IMG/VR virus record: IMGVR_UViG_3300021185_003723
Reading direction: 5' to 3' (one strand)
DNA: 64,000 nucleotides
Source of the DNA: an uncultured virus (IMG/VR IMGVR_UViG_3300021185_003723)
Lineage: Duplodnaviria; Heunggongvirae; Uroviricota; Caudoviricetes
Part shown: in pieces, positions 43,799 through 53,107 of the stretch
Layout: each line of letters begins with the position of its first letter
Numbering within the stretch: position 1 is the stretch's first letter
Made by a program: the position numbers and the translations under genes
Notes under the pieces: model-generated
Databases searched by the model: none
What the model was told of the DNA's origin: nothing
The model's input: only the letters and a program-made list of their open reading frames with translations

Positions 43799-44856
43799 GC
43801 AGTTTCCATAGCCTGTGCTTCAATGAGTAGGTTACGCATGTTTAGCTTTAACCGCTCTTTGTCTAAATTTGTATCGACGCCTTCAACATATGCGTCTAGC
43901 AAAGCTGTAGTATCTTCTACATCAATGCCAGTATCTTCTACATTGTCACCCATAAACTCTTTGAAGTCTTCAGCAATTTTCAGTTCGTGAATAGGCCTTT
44001 CTTGTATTCTATCAACAAATGAGTCAAATGTAAATAGGTCAGACTTGTTTATTACAACTATTTTTACAAATTTATTATCAACACAACTTAGGTCAAAATC
44101 ATTATAATCTGTTTCACGATCATCATATCTAATACGTTGGAATAATGTATCAGTGTTCGGCACCGCTGTGAGCTCGCGCGACTCTGTATCTAATATGTGA
44201 AAGTGTTTTGGATCATGGGCGTCAGACCAAGTAAACTCCATCTGTGTGCCTAAGTAGGTGATATTATCTTTATGTGATTTTGTGTGAAAATGACCAGAGT
44301 AAACATGTTCAAATCTTGAAAATAATTTATGATCCATACCTACATGAGACGCCACACCTTTTAAAACGTCAAAGCCTTGTAGCTCTAAGTGGCCGCCAAG
44401 TATATCTGCTTTACAGTTTTTAATAAAGTTTACGCTAGTGTCATAATTTTCTTTATTGATCCATGGAACAAGTGCCATTTTAAGTGAACCATATTCCATA
44501 ACGGTAGGTTCCATAATAATATGGACTTCGTTCATATAGTGGCCAAGTAGCTCTTTGAGTGAATTGAGTTCGTTTGTGTTCTTATAAAATACGTCATGAT
44601 TGCCTGGAATAATATCCATAGTAATCTTATGCTCACGTAACTTTGATAAAAACATATCACGTGTGCGATTTAGCACTTTAAAATTAACGAACTTTCTTAC
44701 ATCATAGAAGTCACCAAGATGTACGATATGGCTAATGCCATTGCGCAAGAGATAAGGAAAAAAAGTGTTCCCATAAAAATTCTCGGCATTATCAAGAAAA
44801 ATATCAGAGCTGTTACGAACGCCTGCATGAGTGTCATTGATTATCGCTATCTTCAT
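43795..44856 (-). CDS. gp47: Mre11-like recombination nuclease
   Basis: DTH, HLGD, GNHD, SGHFH. Confidence 0.95.
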   Translation of the reverse strand: MKIAIINDTHAGVRNSSDIFLDNAENFYGNTFFPYLLRNGISHIVHLGDFYDVRKFVNFKVLNRTRDMFLSKLREHKITMDIIPGNHDVFYKNTNELNSLKELLGHYMNEVHIIMEPTVMEYGSLKMALVPWINKENYDTSVNFIKNCKADILGGHLELQGFDVLKGVASHVGMDHKLFSRFEHVYSGHFHTKSHKDNITYLGTQMEFTWSDAHDPKHFHILDTESRELTAVPNTDTLFQRIRYDDRETDYNDFDLSCVDNKFVKIVVINKSDLFTFDSFVDRIQERPIHELKIAEDFKEFMGDNVEDTGIDVEDTTALLDAYVEGVDTNLDKERLKLNMRNLLIEAQAMETA

Positions 44857-45431
44857 TTAAAGAAACCAGTCAAATCCGAGTCTACTTTTTGTATAGGTCG
44901 TTTGCGCTTTTTCTCTTTTTTAGCAAACACTTTAATCTCTGTGTCATACTCTTTTACTTTATCAATACGATCTTTGAGTGTATCGACAAAATGAGCTGCT
45001 ACTGAGTTATCAGTATCATCTAATAAGAAAGCTTCGACACCAGACTGAGACAGGTATTTAAACTTGATTTCTTGTTGTTTCTTTTCTTTAGCAATACGAC
45101 GTAGAAATGCGTACCATGAGATCTGCGTGAAATACGCAAATGCGTTTGGTCGACCTGTACGCGTAGCTGCTTCTAAGTTATAATTCTCAATAGCTTTAAG
45201 ACAGTTCTCAACAGCATCCATCACCATTTCTTCACGGTAAGTGTACCTGATGAAATTAGATTTGTGAGATAATCCTTCTGCAATTTTGAGAAAGCATGTT
45301 GCAATATAGTTAGTCACAACAGGCAATTTTGCTTCGGCCGATCGGGCCTCGTTGAGTGTAGTGACATATTCAACTACCGCGTTTGAAAACATAGCGTTGT
45401 TGACGTAGTGTGGTTTGTCCTGAGGTTTCAT
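44853..45431 (-). CDS. gp55: late transcription sigma factor
   Basis: HYVNN, NFIRYTYREEM, NAFAYFTQI...AFLRRIAKEK. Confidence 0.95.
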   Translation of the reverse strand: MKPQDKPHYVNNAMFSNAVVEYVTTLNEARSAEAKLPVVTNYIATCFLKIAEGLSHKSNFIRYTYREEMVMDAVENCLKAIENYNLEAATRTGRPNAFAYFTQISWYAFLRRIAKEKKQQEIKFKYLSQSGVEAFLLDDTDNSVAAHFVDTLKDRIDKVKEYDTEIKVFAKKEKKRKRPIQKVDSDLTGFFK

Positions 45432-45456
45432 AATATATTCCTTAACATATGGTTAT

Positions 45457-45485
45457 ATTATACCGCGTATTTACTCAAATGTAAA
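45457..45485 (-). promoter_or_regulatory. early promoter for gp55
   Basis: TTTACA-17-TATAAT. Confidence 0.75.
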
Positions 45486-45523
45486 CACTAAAAATTAATT
45501 ACGGTATTCTTTATATTAGGGGG

Positions 45524-45552
45524 TTTGCAATATGTGCAAACCATGTTATAAT
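45524..45552 (+). promoter_or_regulatory. divergent sigma70-like promoter with no sizeable gene downstream
   Basis: AGGGGG-TTTGCA-17-TATAAT, same context as the 48796 promoter. Confidence 0.55.
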
Positions 45553-45582
45553 AAAAGAGTTACTTCTGAGGGTAGATAGATC

Positions 45583-46026
45583 CTAATGAATCGTCGACTT
45601 AGGTTTGAATTTTAGAATATTACTTAATTGGTCGCCTGAATCTTTTCCAATATACTCTACGCTTTCTTGTAGGCTATTCATATGAGCTTTCATCTCAGCT
45701 CTCATTTCGTCAACAGATACATTATCTATATCGTCTTCTTCTTTCATGAATTGTTCTAGTGATTTAAAATATTCGTTTATCATTTCGTCGTGTGGCTCAC
45801 ACTCGGCCACAATATGAGCACCACTCAATACTTGAAATGAACCAGGTTTCATTTGAAACATCATAAACGGCCGAAATGCGTAATAGCGAGTACCTTGAGC
45901 AAGATTATCCATGCTAACTAATCTGAGCGATTTTCGAATAACTATAGCATCGCCTTCGTCGTGATACTCGACGATTTCGCAAATGATCTCTTCATCATTA
46001 GCTAGTTTGAATTGTCTGATGTCCAT
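45583..46026 (-). CDS. conserved hypothetical protein downstream of uvsW
   Basis: FKLANDEEIICEI Sm-like N-terminus. Confidence 0.75.
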   Translation of the reverse strand: MDIRQFKLANDEEIICEIVEYHDEGDAIVIRKSLRLVSMDNLAQGTRYYAFRPFMMFQMKPGSFQVLSGAHIVAECEPHDEMINEYFKSLEQFMKEEDDIDNVSVDEMRAEMKAHMNSLQESVEYIGKDSGDQLSNILKFKPKSTIH

Positions 46027-47530
46027 TAATCGCTACCTCAATAATTTTAAATTTAAAGTTTTCTTTTTTGTAAATTTTAACTCGTTCAATAGAGTGTAAC
46101 ATAGCATAATTCTGGTGACTCTTCCAATGAAGATCATCAGATATATCGTACAGAGTAGTCGTTCTTCCGTCATCTGATTGTCGCAACCCGCGACCGATTG
46201 ATTGCAATACTTTTATTTGGGACTTCGATGGCGAAGCAAATATAATATTATGCAAATTTCGAATGTTGATACCAGTACTAAAGGTACCAAGAGATGCAAC
46301 AATAATGGCATTATCTTCTCCTTCTGTTATTTGCCGAATGTCTTCTCGATCTGACGTCTCAACCTCACCCGAAACATAGAATACCTTTCGGCTATTGTCG
46401 GCTTTATCTTTTATCATATCATATAACGGCTTACCGTGTTTCTCTACGTAATTAAACAGCACTAACGTATTACCTGTTTGATCTACTGCAAGATTTCTTA
46501 TAAAGTTATTACGCGCTGAGCTACTGACAATCCAATCAATTTCATCCCTGTAGTCAGGCTTGCCAAATTTCTTGCGTGTGTGTTCATCATATTTCAGTAC
46601 TAATATATTTATATCAAGTGCAGCTAACGTTTTATTGTCTTGAAGTTTCTTGGTTGTTGTAACCCTATGTATCTTACCAAATAAACCTTGCAACACTAAA
46701 TGGTGGACCTGCGCATTATCTAGTGTGCCTGTTGTACCATATCTATACTTAGCGTTCACGCACTTATTCATTATGTCAGTTAACGACTTAGATTTAAATC
46801 CATGGCACTCATCGCCAATAACCATACCAAATTGTTCAAACCACTCGACATCTAGCTTATATATTGACTGCCATGTTGATATTACTATACCACCGCGAAT
46901 ATTATCCTTATCCTTACCGCTGTAAATCTTATGCACACCATTTTCTACTAGCATGCCATAGTTTTCAAAATCTTTATACATCTGCTCTACCAGACTAGTA
47001 GTAGGAACAACGATAAGAACTTTATCCTCACCACGATGGCTGTTGAGTAAGTTTAAAAAATACTTGGCTAAGATATAGATTATAAGTGATTTACCTGAGC
47101 CTGTAGGACTTAGCAGCACACATCTATGCATGGACAAGGCTCTAGCAATTGCATCAAACTGATAATCTCGAACATCAATAGGATTACCGTTGTTGCGTAT
47201 ATTAAGCGACTTTATATAGTTTAGCAAATCCTGTGGATTAATCTCAGTAGCATCTTCTGGTGAACCATAATCACTGTCACTAGTTTCTATTGTATAGTTA
47301 TTTCGTTTACAAAACTCTTCAACAAATGGATACAAACCGGCAGGCAGTTCTCTTGTCTGCAAATTAAATAATCTAATTTTACCATCCCAGACCTTTATCT
47401 TATACATTTTCATGTATTTGTATCCAGGAACAAAAAACGAAAAATATTCGCTTAGCGCATGAGCGATGCCATCATCAGTATCTACTTGTGCTATGCTTTC
47501 GTTCTTCTTCCATAATGTAACATCAGCCAC
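45998..47530 (-). CDS. uvsW: SF2 DNA helicase UvsW
   Basis: SPTGSGKS, VPTTSLVEQM, GDECH, QSIGRGLR. Confidence 0.95.
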   Translation of the reverse strand: MADVTLWKKNESIAQVDTDDGIAHALSEYFSFFVPGYKYMKMYKIKVWDGKIRLFNLQTRELPAGLYPFVEEFCKRNNYTIETSDSDYGSPEDATEINPQDLLNYIKSLNIRNNGNPIDVRDYQFDAIARALSMHRCVLLSPTGSGKSLIIYILAKYFLNLLNSHRGEDKVLIVVPTTSLVEQMYKDFENYGMLVENGVHKIYSGKDKDNIRGGIVISTWQSIYKLDVEWFEQFGMVIGDECHGFKSKSLTDIMNKCVNAKYRYGTTGTLDNAQVHHLVLQGLFGKIHRVTTTKKLQDNKTLAALDINILVLKYDEHTRKKFGKPDYRDEIDWIVSSSARNNFIRNLAVDQTGNTLVLFNYVEKHGKPLYDMIKDKADNSRKVFYVSGEVETSDREDIRQITEGEDNAIIVASLGTFSTGINIRNLHNIIFASPSKSQIKVLQSIGRGLRQSDDGRTTTLYDISDDLHWKSHQNYAMLHSIERVKIYKKENFKFKIIEVAINGHQTIQTS

Positions 47531-47744
47531 TTACAAATTTTCCCTTTGGCCTAAACCATACTTTTTGGTTATGTATTCTTCCCATCAGATCATTAATTTC
47601 AAGCATCTCGGCTTTGAGCTTTTCACTTGTTTCGCCCTGAGCTATCGCTAATCCCCTACGGCCAGCCTTAGCTCTTAATGCAGATTCAATAATTTCTATA
47701 TCTCTGATATCTAGTTCAAATTTTGTATTCGGTTTAACCGCCAC
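47523..47744 (-). CDS. hypothetical protein
   Basis: KPNTKFELDIRDIEIIE...HNQKVWFRPK. Confidence 0.7.
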   Translation of the reverse strand: MAVKPNTKFELDIRDIEIIESALRAKAGRRGLAIAQGETSEKLKAEMLEINDLMGRIHNQKVWFRPKGKFVSG

Positions 47745-48177
47745 TTTGAAACACTCTCCACTTAATCATATTGCCAATAGTCTGGTGCCGCCATTTGACA
47801 TTATCTATAATTTCTTTCAGTGTATCCATTATTGTTTTAAGATACTCAATACGCTCTACTGACTGTTGGATTTCTGGATCAGCGTCATAATAATATTCCA
47901 TGTCACCCTTCATAACTTTTAATCCGTCAAAAGGATCTGGATCCCAGCCAAAAGCAATAATTGAATCTTTATCCATCTTGCCATTGTAATACAGCCATTT
48001 GTTTTTTAGTAAAACTTTCTGGCTCTGTTCTGCCTTTTTTAAACGCAATTTAGTTAGCGAATGAAGTTCAAGATATTTTGCGTGAAGGATAGGGGTTTGC
48101 CGTGAGGCTTCGTCAAGGCTTGTTTCAGAAATAACTGAGTCAGCCGACCACATGTCGAGTATAGTTTTTAAATCCAT
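47734..48177 (-). CDS. uvsY: recombination mediator UvsY
   Basis: LHAKYL, WLYYNGK, position between gp3 and uvsW. Confidence 0.85.
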   Translation of the reverse strand: MDLKTILDMWSADSVISETSLDEASRQTPILHAKYLELHSLTKLRLKKAEQSQKVLLKNKWLYYNGKMDKDSIIAFGWDPDPFDGLKVMKGDMEYYYDADPEIQQSVERIEYLKTIMDTLKEIIDNVKWRHQTIGNMIKWRVFQSGG

Positions 48178-48194
48178 AATATAACCTTTAGTTG

Positions 48195-48734
48195 TTAAAC
48201 TAAATCAAAATACGAAAACCTAAATGATATTGGAAATGTCATATATTGTACATCACCGGTCGCCGCTTCGAAATTAATATCGCCTAGTAACGTTGGGATA
48301 GCATCTCTATATATAAGCTTCTTCTTGACTACGTTCGAGCTTGTAAGTATTGATACAGTTATGTCAGCAACTGACGGTCCAAGCTTACTTCCCCCATCTG
48401 CCGATTTAACATCGGGCCTATCAACAAAACTGTTAATCCAATTATACATTTCAGTATATGTGCTCATATCTTCGTCAAGAACAATCATAGCACTAGCTTC
48501 ACCAAATACCATTGTTCCACCAGTAAACGGTAAAGATCCAATGCGTTTGTACGGCACTTCAATAGTATTGATTGACGCGCCAGGATGTTGCACTGATTGT
48601 GCAAAGTATTCTAGGTTTGGTAAATACTTACGACTAATAGACAACTTAAAACCGGTTGGCTGTAAGAAATTAGTATTAGTTGTCAGTGATGACTCAAGTA
48701 AACCTGTTGAAATAGTTGCTGATTCAGTTGCCAT
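48195..48734 (-). CDS. gp3: tail completion/tube terminator protein
   Basis: NFLQPTGFKL, DEDMSTYTEMYNW; late promoter upstream. Confidence 0.85.
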   Translation of the reverse strand: MATESATISTGLLESSLTTNTNFLQPTGFKLSISRKYLPNLEYFAQSVQHPGASINTIEVPYKRIGSLPFTGGTMVFGEASAMIVLDEDMSTYTEMYNWINSFVDRPDVKSADGGSKLGPSVADITVSILTSSNVVKKKLIYRDAIPTLLGDINFEAATGDVQYMTFPISFRFSYFDLV

Positions 48735-48754
48735 TTAGTATCTCCTCATGTCTC

Positions 48755-48762
48755 TATTTATA
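48755..48762 (-). promoter_or_regulatory. T4-type late promoter
   Basis: TATAAATA upstream of gp3. Confidence 0.75.
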
Positions 48763-48795
48763 TGAAAAAAAATGTAAAAAAATGCATTTAGGGGG

Positions 48796-48824
48796 TTTAC
48801 AAAGCCTTTTAGTTATGGTACAAA
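48796..48824 (+). promoter_or_regulatory. early promoter of the plus-strand island
   Basis: GGGGG-TTTACA-17-TACAAA. Confidence 0.65.
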
Positions 48825-48851
48825 GGATCATAAGCTAATTAAGGAGACATC

Positions 48852-49106
48852 ATGATTAATTTCGTCGCAGCAGCAAACAAGGGCCTTGAGCTTTTGACCA
48901 GCAATGATGAAGTCATTGCTATTCACAGTGTAGAACAAGGTGTACGAGTTTTTGCTGAACAAGACTTTGCACAGTCACTGATGCTTTCATCATCGATGGA
49001 CTTTGCTATCGAAGAAGGTTTTGACACCGAAGACGGCGCTAAAATGATGTTAGGCGAAATACTTGACGCCGTTAACTTTGCAACTAACGCAGGAGATTAT
49101 GCTTAA
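48852..49106 (+). CDS. hypothetical early protein
   Basis: AAGGAG RBS; SSSMDFAIEEGF. Confidence 0.75.
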   Translation: MINFVAAANKGLELLTSNDEVIAIHSVEQGVRVFAEQDFAQSLMLSSSMDFAIEEGFDTEDGAKMMLGEILDAVNFATNAGDYA

Positions 49107-49270
49107 TGTTAGAAATGTATGAAATGATTAAAACGCTTCGCGACATGCAACGTGACTATAATGAAGGCGAGCTTCGCAATTGGCAGTTTGAAGCTCAGAT
49201 TCAGTCACTTCACAATAAGCTTGACAATATGGAACAAGCTATGATGGCAGATCAAGGAGTTTCGCAATGA
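49106..49270 (+). CDS. small hypothetical protein (54 aa)
   Basis: Hand translation MLEMYEMIKTLRDMQRD...; AGGAG RBS; overlaps both neighbours. Confidence 0.65.
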   Translation: MLEMYEMIKTLRDMQRDYNEGELRNWQFEAQIQSLHNKLDNMEQAMMADQGVSQ

Positions 49271-49470
49271 TTAGAATTTTTAACTCAGGAACGTGGTCTC
49301 ACGATAAAAACCGCGCAGTTCGTGAAATTGAAGTAAGTGATGTTACTGTAGAATCGCTTAGCATGGATTACACAGGCGCGCCATATATTATATTTTCCCA
49401 CCCAGATTTTCCGCTCGGTTCGCTTAAAGCTCTATATGATGGCCATAACTGGAATTGTGATATGGATTAA
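49267..49470 (+). CDS. hypothetical protein
   Basis: AAGGAG RBS; ATGA overlap. Confidence 0.7.
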   Translation: MIRIFNSGTWSHDKNRAVREIEVSDVTVESLSMDYTGAPYIIFSHPDFPLGSLKALYDGHNWNCDMD

Positions 49471-49530
49471 AAAAAGGTCCGCCAAAGCGAACCTTTTAGT
49501 TGGGACCGGCAAAAGCCGGTCCTTTTTTTT
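49469..49530. terminator. paired convergent intrinsic terminators
   Basis: Minus strand AAGGTTCGC-TTTG-GCGGACCTT plus T-run; plus strand GGACCGGC-AAAA-GCCGGTCC plus T-run. Confidence 0.85.
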
Positions 49531-49539
49531 ATGAGTAAC

Positions 49540-50868
49540 TTATGTGAGGATGTTGTCCACACGGAAGATACGGTAGTATTGGTTTGTTTTGACCGCAGCA
49601 AGACCATTAGCAGGTGTAGCACCAACAAATGGGTTTGAAGCCATGCCGTAACGGGTTTTGAAACCAATTTTTGGCTGGAAGGTGTCTTCACCAACCGCGC
49701 GCACCATTGTGAGCGGTACGTATGGACAATAGAAGAGACCTGCGTCATATGGGTTTGTACCCTTATAACCAACAGTGATATAGTCAACAGTTGCATACGG
49801 ATCGATGTATACTTTTGTACGACCATTAAGAACACCAGCAAATGTTGAACCTGTGTCGTCAACGTTCAAGCTAGTAGACATCGCAGGAGTGTAATCCAAC
49901 ATGCCTGAAGCGGACAGAGCAGATGCTACGTCTGAGCTACAGATGATGAAGTTACCTTTACCACGACGAGTTTCTTTGGCGATTACGTTTGCTTCACGCT
50001 CGATCTGAATTACCAGACCTTTGAACTTTTCAGCAGACCAACGACCATCAGCATCAGAAGACAAGTTAAAGATACCGTTTACAGCTGTGTTAGCTTGTAG
50101 TGCACCAGTTTTGGCTTGTGAGTTGATTGTACGAATTACTTCGCGGTTGATTTCAGCAAGAATCTCAGTTGACAAGATATTTGCCAATTCAGTTTCTGCG
50201 TCAAGACCATGAATCGCTTTCAAGTCTTGTGCAAGCTCTAAGCTGTATTCAGCTTTCAGTGCACGTGACTTGGCGGTCACAGTTGCTTTTTCAATGGTGA
50301 AACCCATTTCAGCAAACGCAGCGTTGTTTGCAGAACCAAGAGCTTCAGCTGAGTCAGTGTCCATTGGGTTACCAAAGAGAGCAGTTGTACGCTCATCGTC
50401 GATACCGTTAGCAGTACCGGCTGAATCGTTAAGGCCAGAACCATCTGCTGGTTGAGAGAAACCATTAGCGGCTTGTGAACCAGAGAATTCTGTGTTAGCT
50501 TCGCTGAAGAGAGCTTCGGCAGAGCTAGTTGCACCAGCGCCGTAACGTGCTTTCATCGCAAAGATCAAACCAGTTGGACCAGTCATTGGCTGAACGCCAG
50601 CAACATCATAGGCCATCAGGTTTGGCATTGAACGACGTACGAGGGAAATAAGTACTGGATCCCATGTGCCAATTGATGACGTTGCGTTGCCGGGTGCGGC
50701 TTCTGTGAGGAAACCGTTGTTTTGTGCGCGCTCTTCGCGAAGAGCTGCTTCTTGGTTTTCAAGAACCATAGCTGTTACGCTACGCTTGTGGTTGTCAGCA
50801 ATAGTACCGGCAGATTCTTCGTTCAGAACCGGTGCCCACTTTTCAACCAATTTATCGTATGATTGCAT
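49540..50868 (-). CDS. gp23: major capsid protein
   Basis: GVQPMTGPTGLIFAM, AKSRALKAEY, FQPKIGFKTRYG. Confidence 0.98.
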   Translation of the reverse strand: MQSYDKLVEKWAPVLNEESAGTIADNHKRSVTAMVLENQEAALREERAQNNGFLTEAAPGNATSSIGTWDPVLISLVRRSMPNLMAYDVAGVQPMTGPTGLIFAMKARYGAGATSSAEALFSEANTEFSGSQAANGFSQPADGSGLNDSAGTANGIDDERTTALFGNPMDTDSAEALGSANNAAFAEMGFTIEKATVTAKSRALKAEYSLELAQDLKAIHGLDAETELANILSTEILAEINREVIRTINSQAKTGALQANTAVNGIFNLSSDADGRWSAEKFKGLVIQIEREANVIAKETRRGKGNFIICSSDVASALSASGMLDYTPAMSTSLNVDDTGSTFAGVLNGRTKVYIDPYATVDYITVGYKGTNPYDAGLFYCPYVPLTMVRAVGEDTFQPKIGFKTRYGMASNPFVGATPANGLAAVKTNQYYRIFRVDNILT

Positions 50869-50886
50869 TTTAATAACTCCTAGGTA

Positions 50887-51924
50887 TTAATTTTTAGACG
50901 ACTGTCTAATAGCTGTGATGTACTGAGCCATTGTGTCTGAAGGTGCAGCGACTTCATCGTCGGTATCTACTTCTTCGTCAATGTTGGACTCAACAATTGT
51001 TTTTGTGAAATATGATTCTTTGATCGTATTAACTTTCGCAAGGAAAGTCGCATCGTCTTCAAAGTCTACATCTTCACATAGCTTTACAAGTTTCTCTGCT
51101 TGGGTATCAGCAAGGTCACGTGATGCTTCGTAAAGTACCGCGGTACGCTTCATGATTTCTAGCTCTTCTGAAACTTCGATAGCTTTAGCAGTTGTTTCGT
51201 TTAGGGCTGCTTCCAGCTCTTCAACTTCTTCTGCCAATTCGTCAACAAGGTTAACTTTAGATTCTGGAACTTCGATGTAAGATTCAGTAAACAGATCTTT
51301 CAGGCTGTTCATGAATTTTTCAGCGATTTCAGTGCGCAGACCATTTTGTACTGCTAACTGATTGTCGGTCATCCAGTTCTCAACAACATAGTTAAGATAG
51401 CTGTCAACTTTTTCTACCAGCTCGGCTTTAGTAGTGGATACTTCCTCTTCTAACTCCTCACGGTATTGTGCTTCCAAACGTGTAGTTTCTTCAGCAAGCT
51501 TCGATTTGATAGCTGCTTCAAAAATAACGGCTGTTTTGGCTTTAAACTCTTCAGAAAGAGTTGCCTCAGACTCGACTAATGCGTTCAGGTCGTCCGAGAA
51601 ATCAATATCAGCGCTGGCTTCTGCCATTACTTCAATATCATCAAGGTCAACATCTTCGCCCATTAATTGTGTTAGCGCACCGGCTAGTTCTTCTTTTTTC
51701 ATGCCAGCCATTTTGGTGTACGCTGCATTAATCATACCAGCTTTTGTTTTAGGCATTTTTTCTGAATTAGACTTGTCACCCTTGCGAGCTTTCGCTTTAG
51801 GTCCCTTGTCTTCTGCAGAAGATACAGACGCGATTGACTGCGCTTCTGCATTCTTCGGATCGTGAGCTTCTTCGATTTCATTCTCGTCGAGCTCAACATC
51901 CTGATCTTGGATTTGGTCAGTCAT
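50887..51924 (-). CDS. gp22: prohead core scaffold protein
   Basis: IFEAAI, VDSYLNYVVENW; synteny. Confidence 0.92.
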   Translation of the reverse strand: MTDQIQDQDVELDENEIEEAHDPKNAEAQSIASVSSAEDKGPKAKARKGDKSNSEKMPKTKAGMINAAYTKMAGMKKEELAGALTQLMGEDVDLDDIEVMAEASADIDFSDDLNALVESEATLSEEFKAKTAVIFEAAIKSKLAEETTRLEAQYREELEEEVSTTKAELVEKVDSYLNYVVENWMTDNQLAVQNGLRTEIAEKFMNSLKDLFTESYIEVPESKVNLVDELAEEVEELEAALNETTAKAIEVSEELEIMKRTAVLYEASRDLADTQAEKLVKLCEDVDFEDDATFLAKVNTIKESYFTKTIVESNIDEEVDTDDEVAAPSDTMAQYITAIRQSSKN

Positions 51925-51939
51925 GTTTTGACTCCTATA

Positions 51940-52599
51940 TTATATTTGGTTTTTCATTAACGAGAGGAAATTTTTAAACTCACGTGTCTGCGTCTCATAA
52001 AGATCAGCACGTGGAGCTGTTTTAATTTCAGTCTCCATTTTTTCAATATCTTGAGCTTCCAGGATTCCGTTATTCCAGATCCAGTCTACACCTTCCATAA
52101 TTCCATTAACAAATGCATTTGGTGCAGATGGGTCTTGTACGATGTCAATCGTATTAAGAAGAAAGTCATCCTTTACATACATGGTTCCACCACGTTGCTC
52201 AATGCTACCCATACCACGAGTTGACACACCTAGTTGAACACCACCATCAAGCAAGCCTTTAACAACTTTACCCATCGGAGTATCTAATATTTGTGCCTTA
52301 CCTACCACATCATTGTTCTCGATTTTAAGATCTGTGATGAGGTGGGATACTTTATCTAAGTTTACAGTGGGACCATCTGGATGGTTTAACTCACCAACTG
52401 CACGCTTAGTATTTACTTGATCCGTAACATATTTGTTTACAGCCTTTTCCATAATTGCTTTTGGATAAATGCGCCCGTTACGGTTTTTTGATTCAGCCTG
52501 TGCAAATACGCCTTCGATAGCGTAATTCTTGCCTCCGCCTTCTTTGGCTTCAACAATCATTGCAATATCGTTTTCAACGTATTCTGTGATTAGCTTCAT
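51940..52599 (-). CDS. gp21: prohead protease
   Basis: NRNGRIY, GELNHP, GVSTRGMGS, DPSAPNAFV. Confidence 0.96.
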   Translation of the reverse strand: MKLITEYVENDIAMIVEAKEGGGKNYAIEGVFAQAESKNRNGRIYPKAIMEKAVNKYVTDQVNTKRAVGELNHPDGPTVNLDKVSHLITDLKIENNDVVGKAQILDTPMGKVVKGLLDGGVQLGVSTRGMGSIEQRGGTMYVKDDFLLNTIDIVQDPSAPNAFVNGIMEGVDWIWNNGILEAQDIEKMETEIKTAPRADLYETQTREFKNFLSLMKNQI

Positions 52600-52603
52600 C
52601 TAA

Positions 52604-52819
52604 TTAGTCCAGTTCTCTTATAAACTGCATGAGCATTTTCTGCGCATGAGCTTTTGTGTCATATGTATCTAGTTTATCACCGTCGACATAAGTCGTAAAT
52701 TTATCATGATTCTGTATAATTTGAACTTTATAGCCGTTTAGTTTACGATTATACACTGTGCGCTGCTTTTTGATTGCTTCGCCCAAATCACGTGTAAGTT
52801 CTTTATACGTCGTCTTCAT
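52604..52819 (-). CDS. small prohead core protein (gp68 position)
   Basis: Likely start MKTTYKEL; synteny. Confidence 0.6.
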   Translation of the reverse strand: MKTTYKELTRDLGEAIKKQRTVYNRKLNGYKVQIIQNHDKFTTYVDGDKLDTYDTKAHAQKMLMQFIRELD

Positions 52820-53057
52820 CTTCCGGTTCTTCATCTTCAACAAAATCTTCATCAGCCACTTCTTCGGCGTCATCATCGCCAAGATCGAGCTCTAACTGCT
52901 CAGGATCTACATCGTTATATATGGTGGCTGAAATTTTAACTCTTTCTTGGTCAAGCGCAGTTTCCATTTTATCGGCCATGATCTGAGCAAATGTCTGATT
53001 GGCAGCATTAAAATCTTGCTCACTTGATTGTTGAATTAATGTTTCAATTTCTTCCAT
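52803..53057 (-). CDS. acidic prohead core protein (gp67 position)
   Basis: Acidic C-terminus; GGAG RBS; synteny. Confidence 0.65.
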   Translation of the reverse strand: MEEIETLIQQSSEQDFNAANQTFAQIMADKMETALDQERVKISATIYNDVDPEQLELDLGDDDAEEVADEDFVEDEEPEDEDDV

Positions 53058-53082
53058 AATAAATTTCTCCATAATTTTCTAT

Positions 53083-53090
53083 TATTTATA
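53083..53090 (-). promoter_or_regulatory. T4-type late promoter
   Basis: TATAAATA upstream of the prohead core genes. Confidence 0.75.
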
Positions 53091-53107
53091 TGTTTTAAAG
53101 TTTTCGT

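Noticed and set aside
49467..50534. Alternate-frame minus ORFs inside gp23
   Set aside because: By-product of biased codon usage in a highly expressed gene
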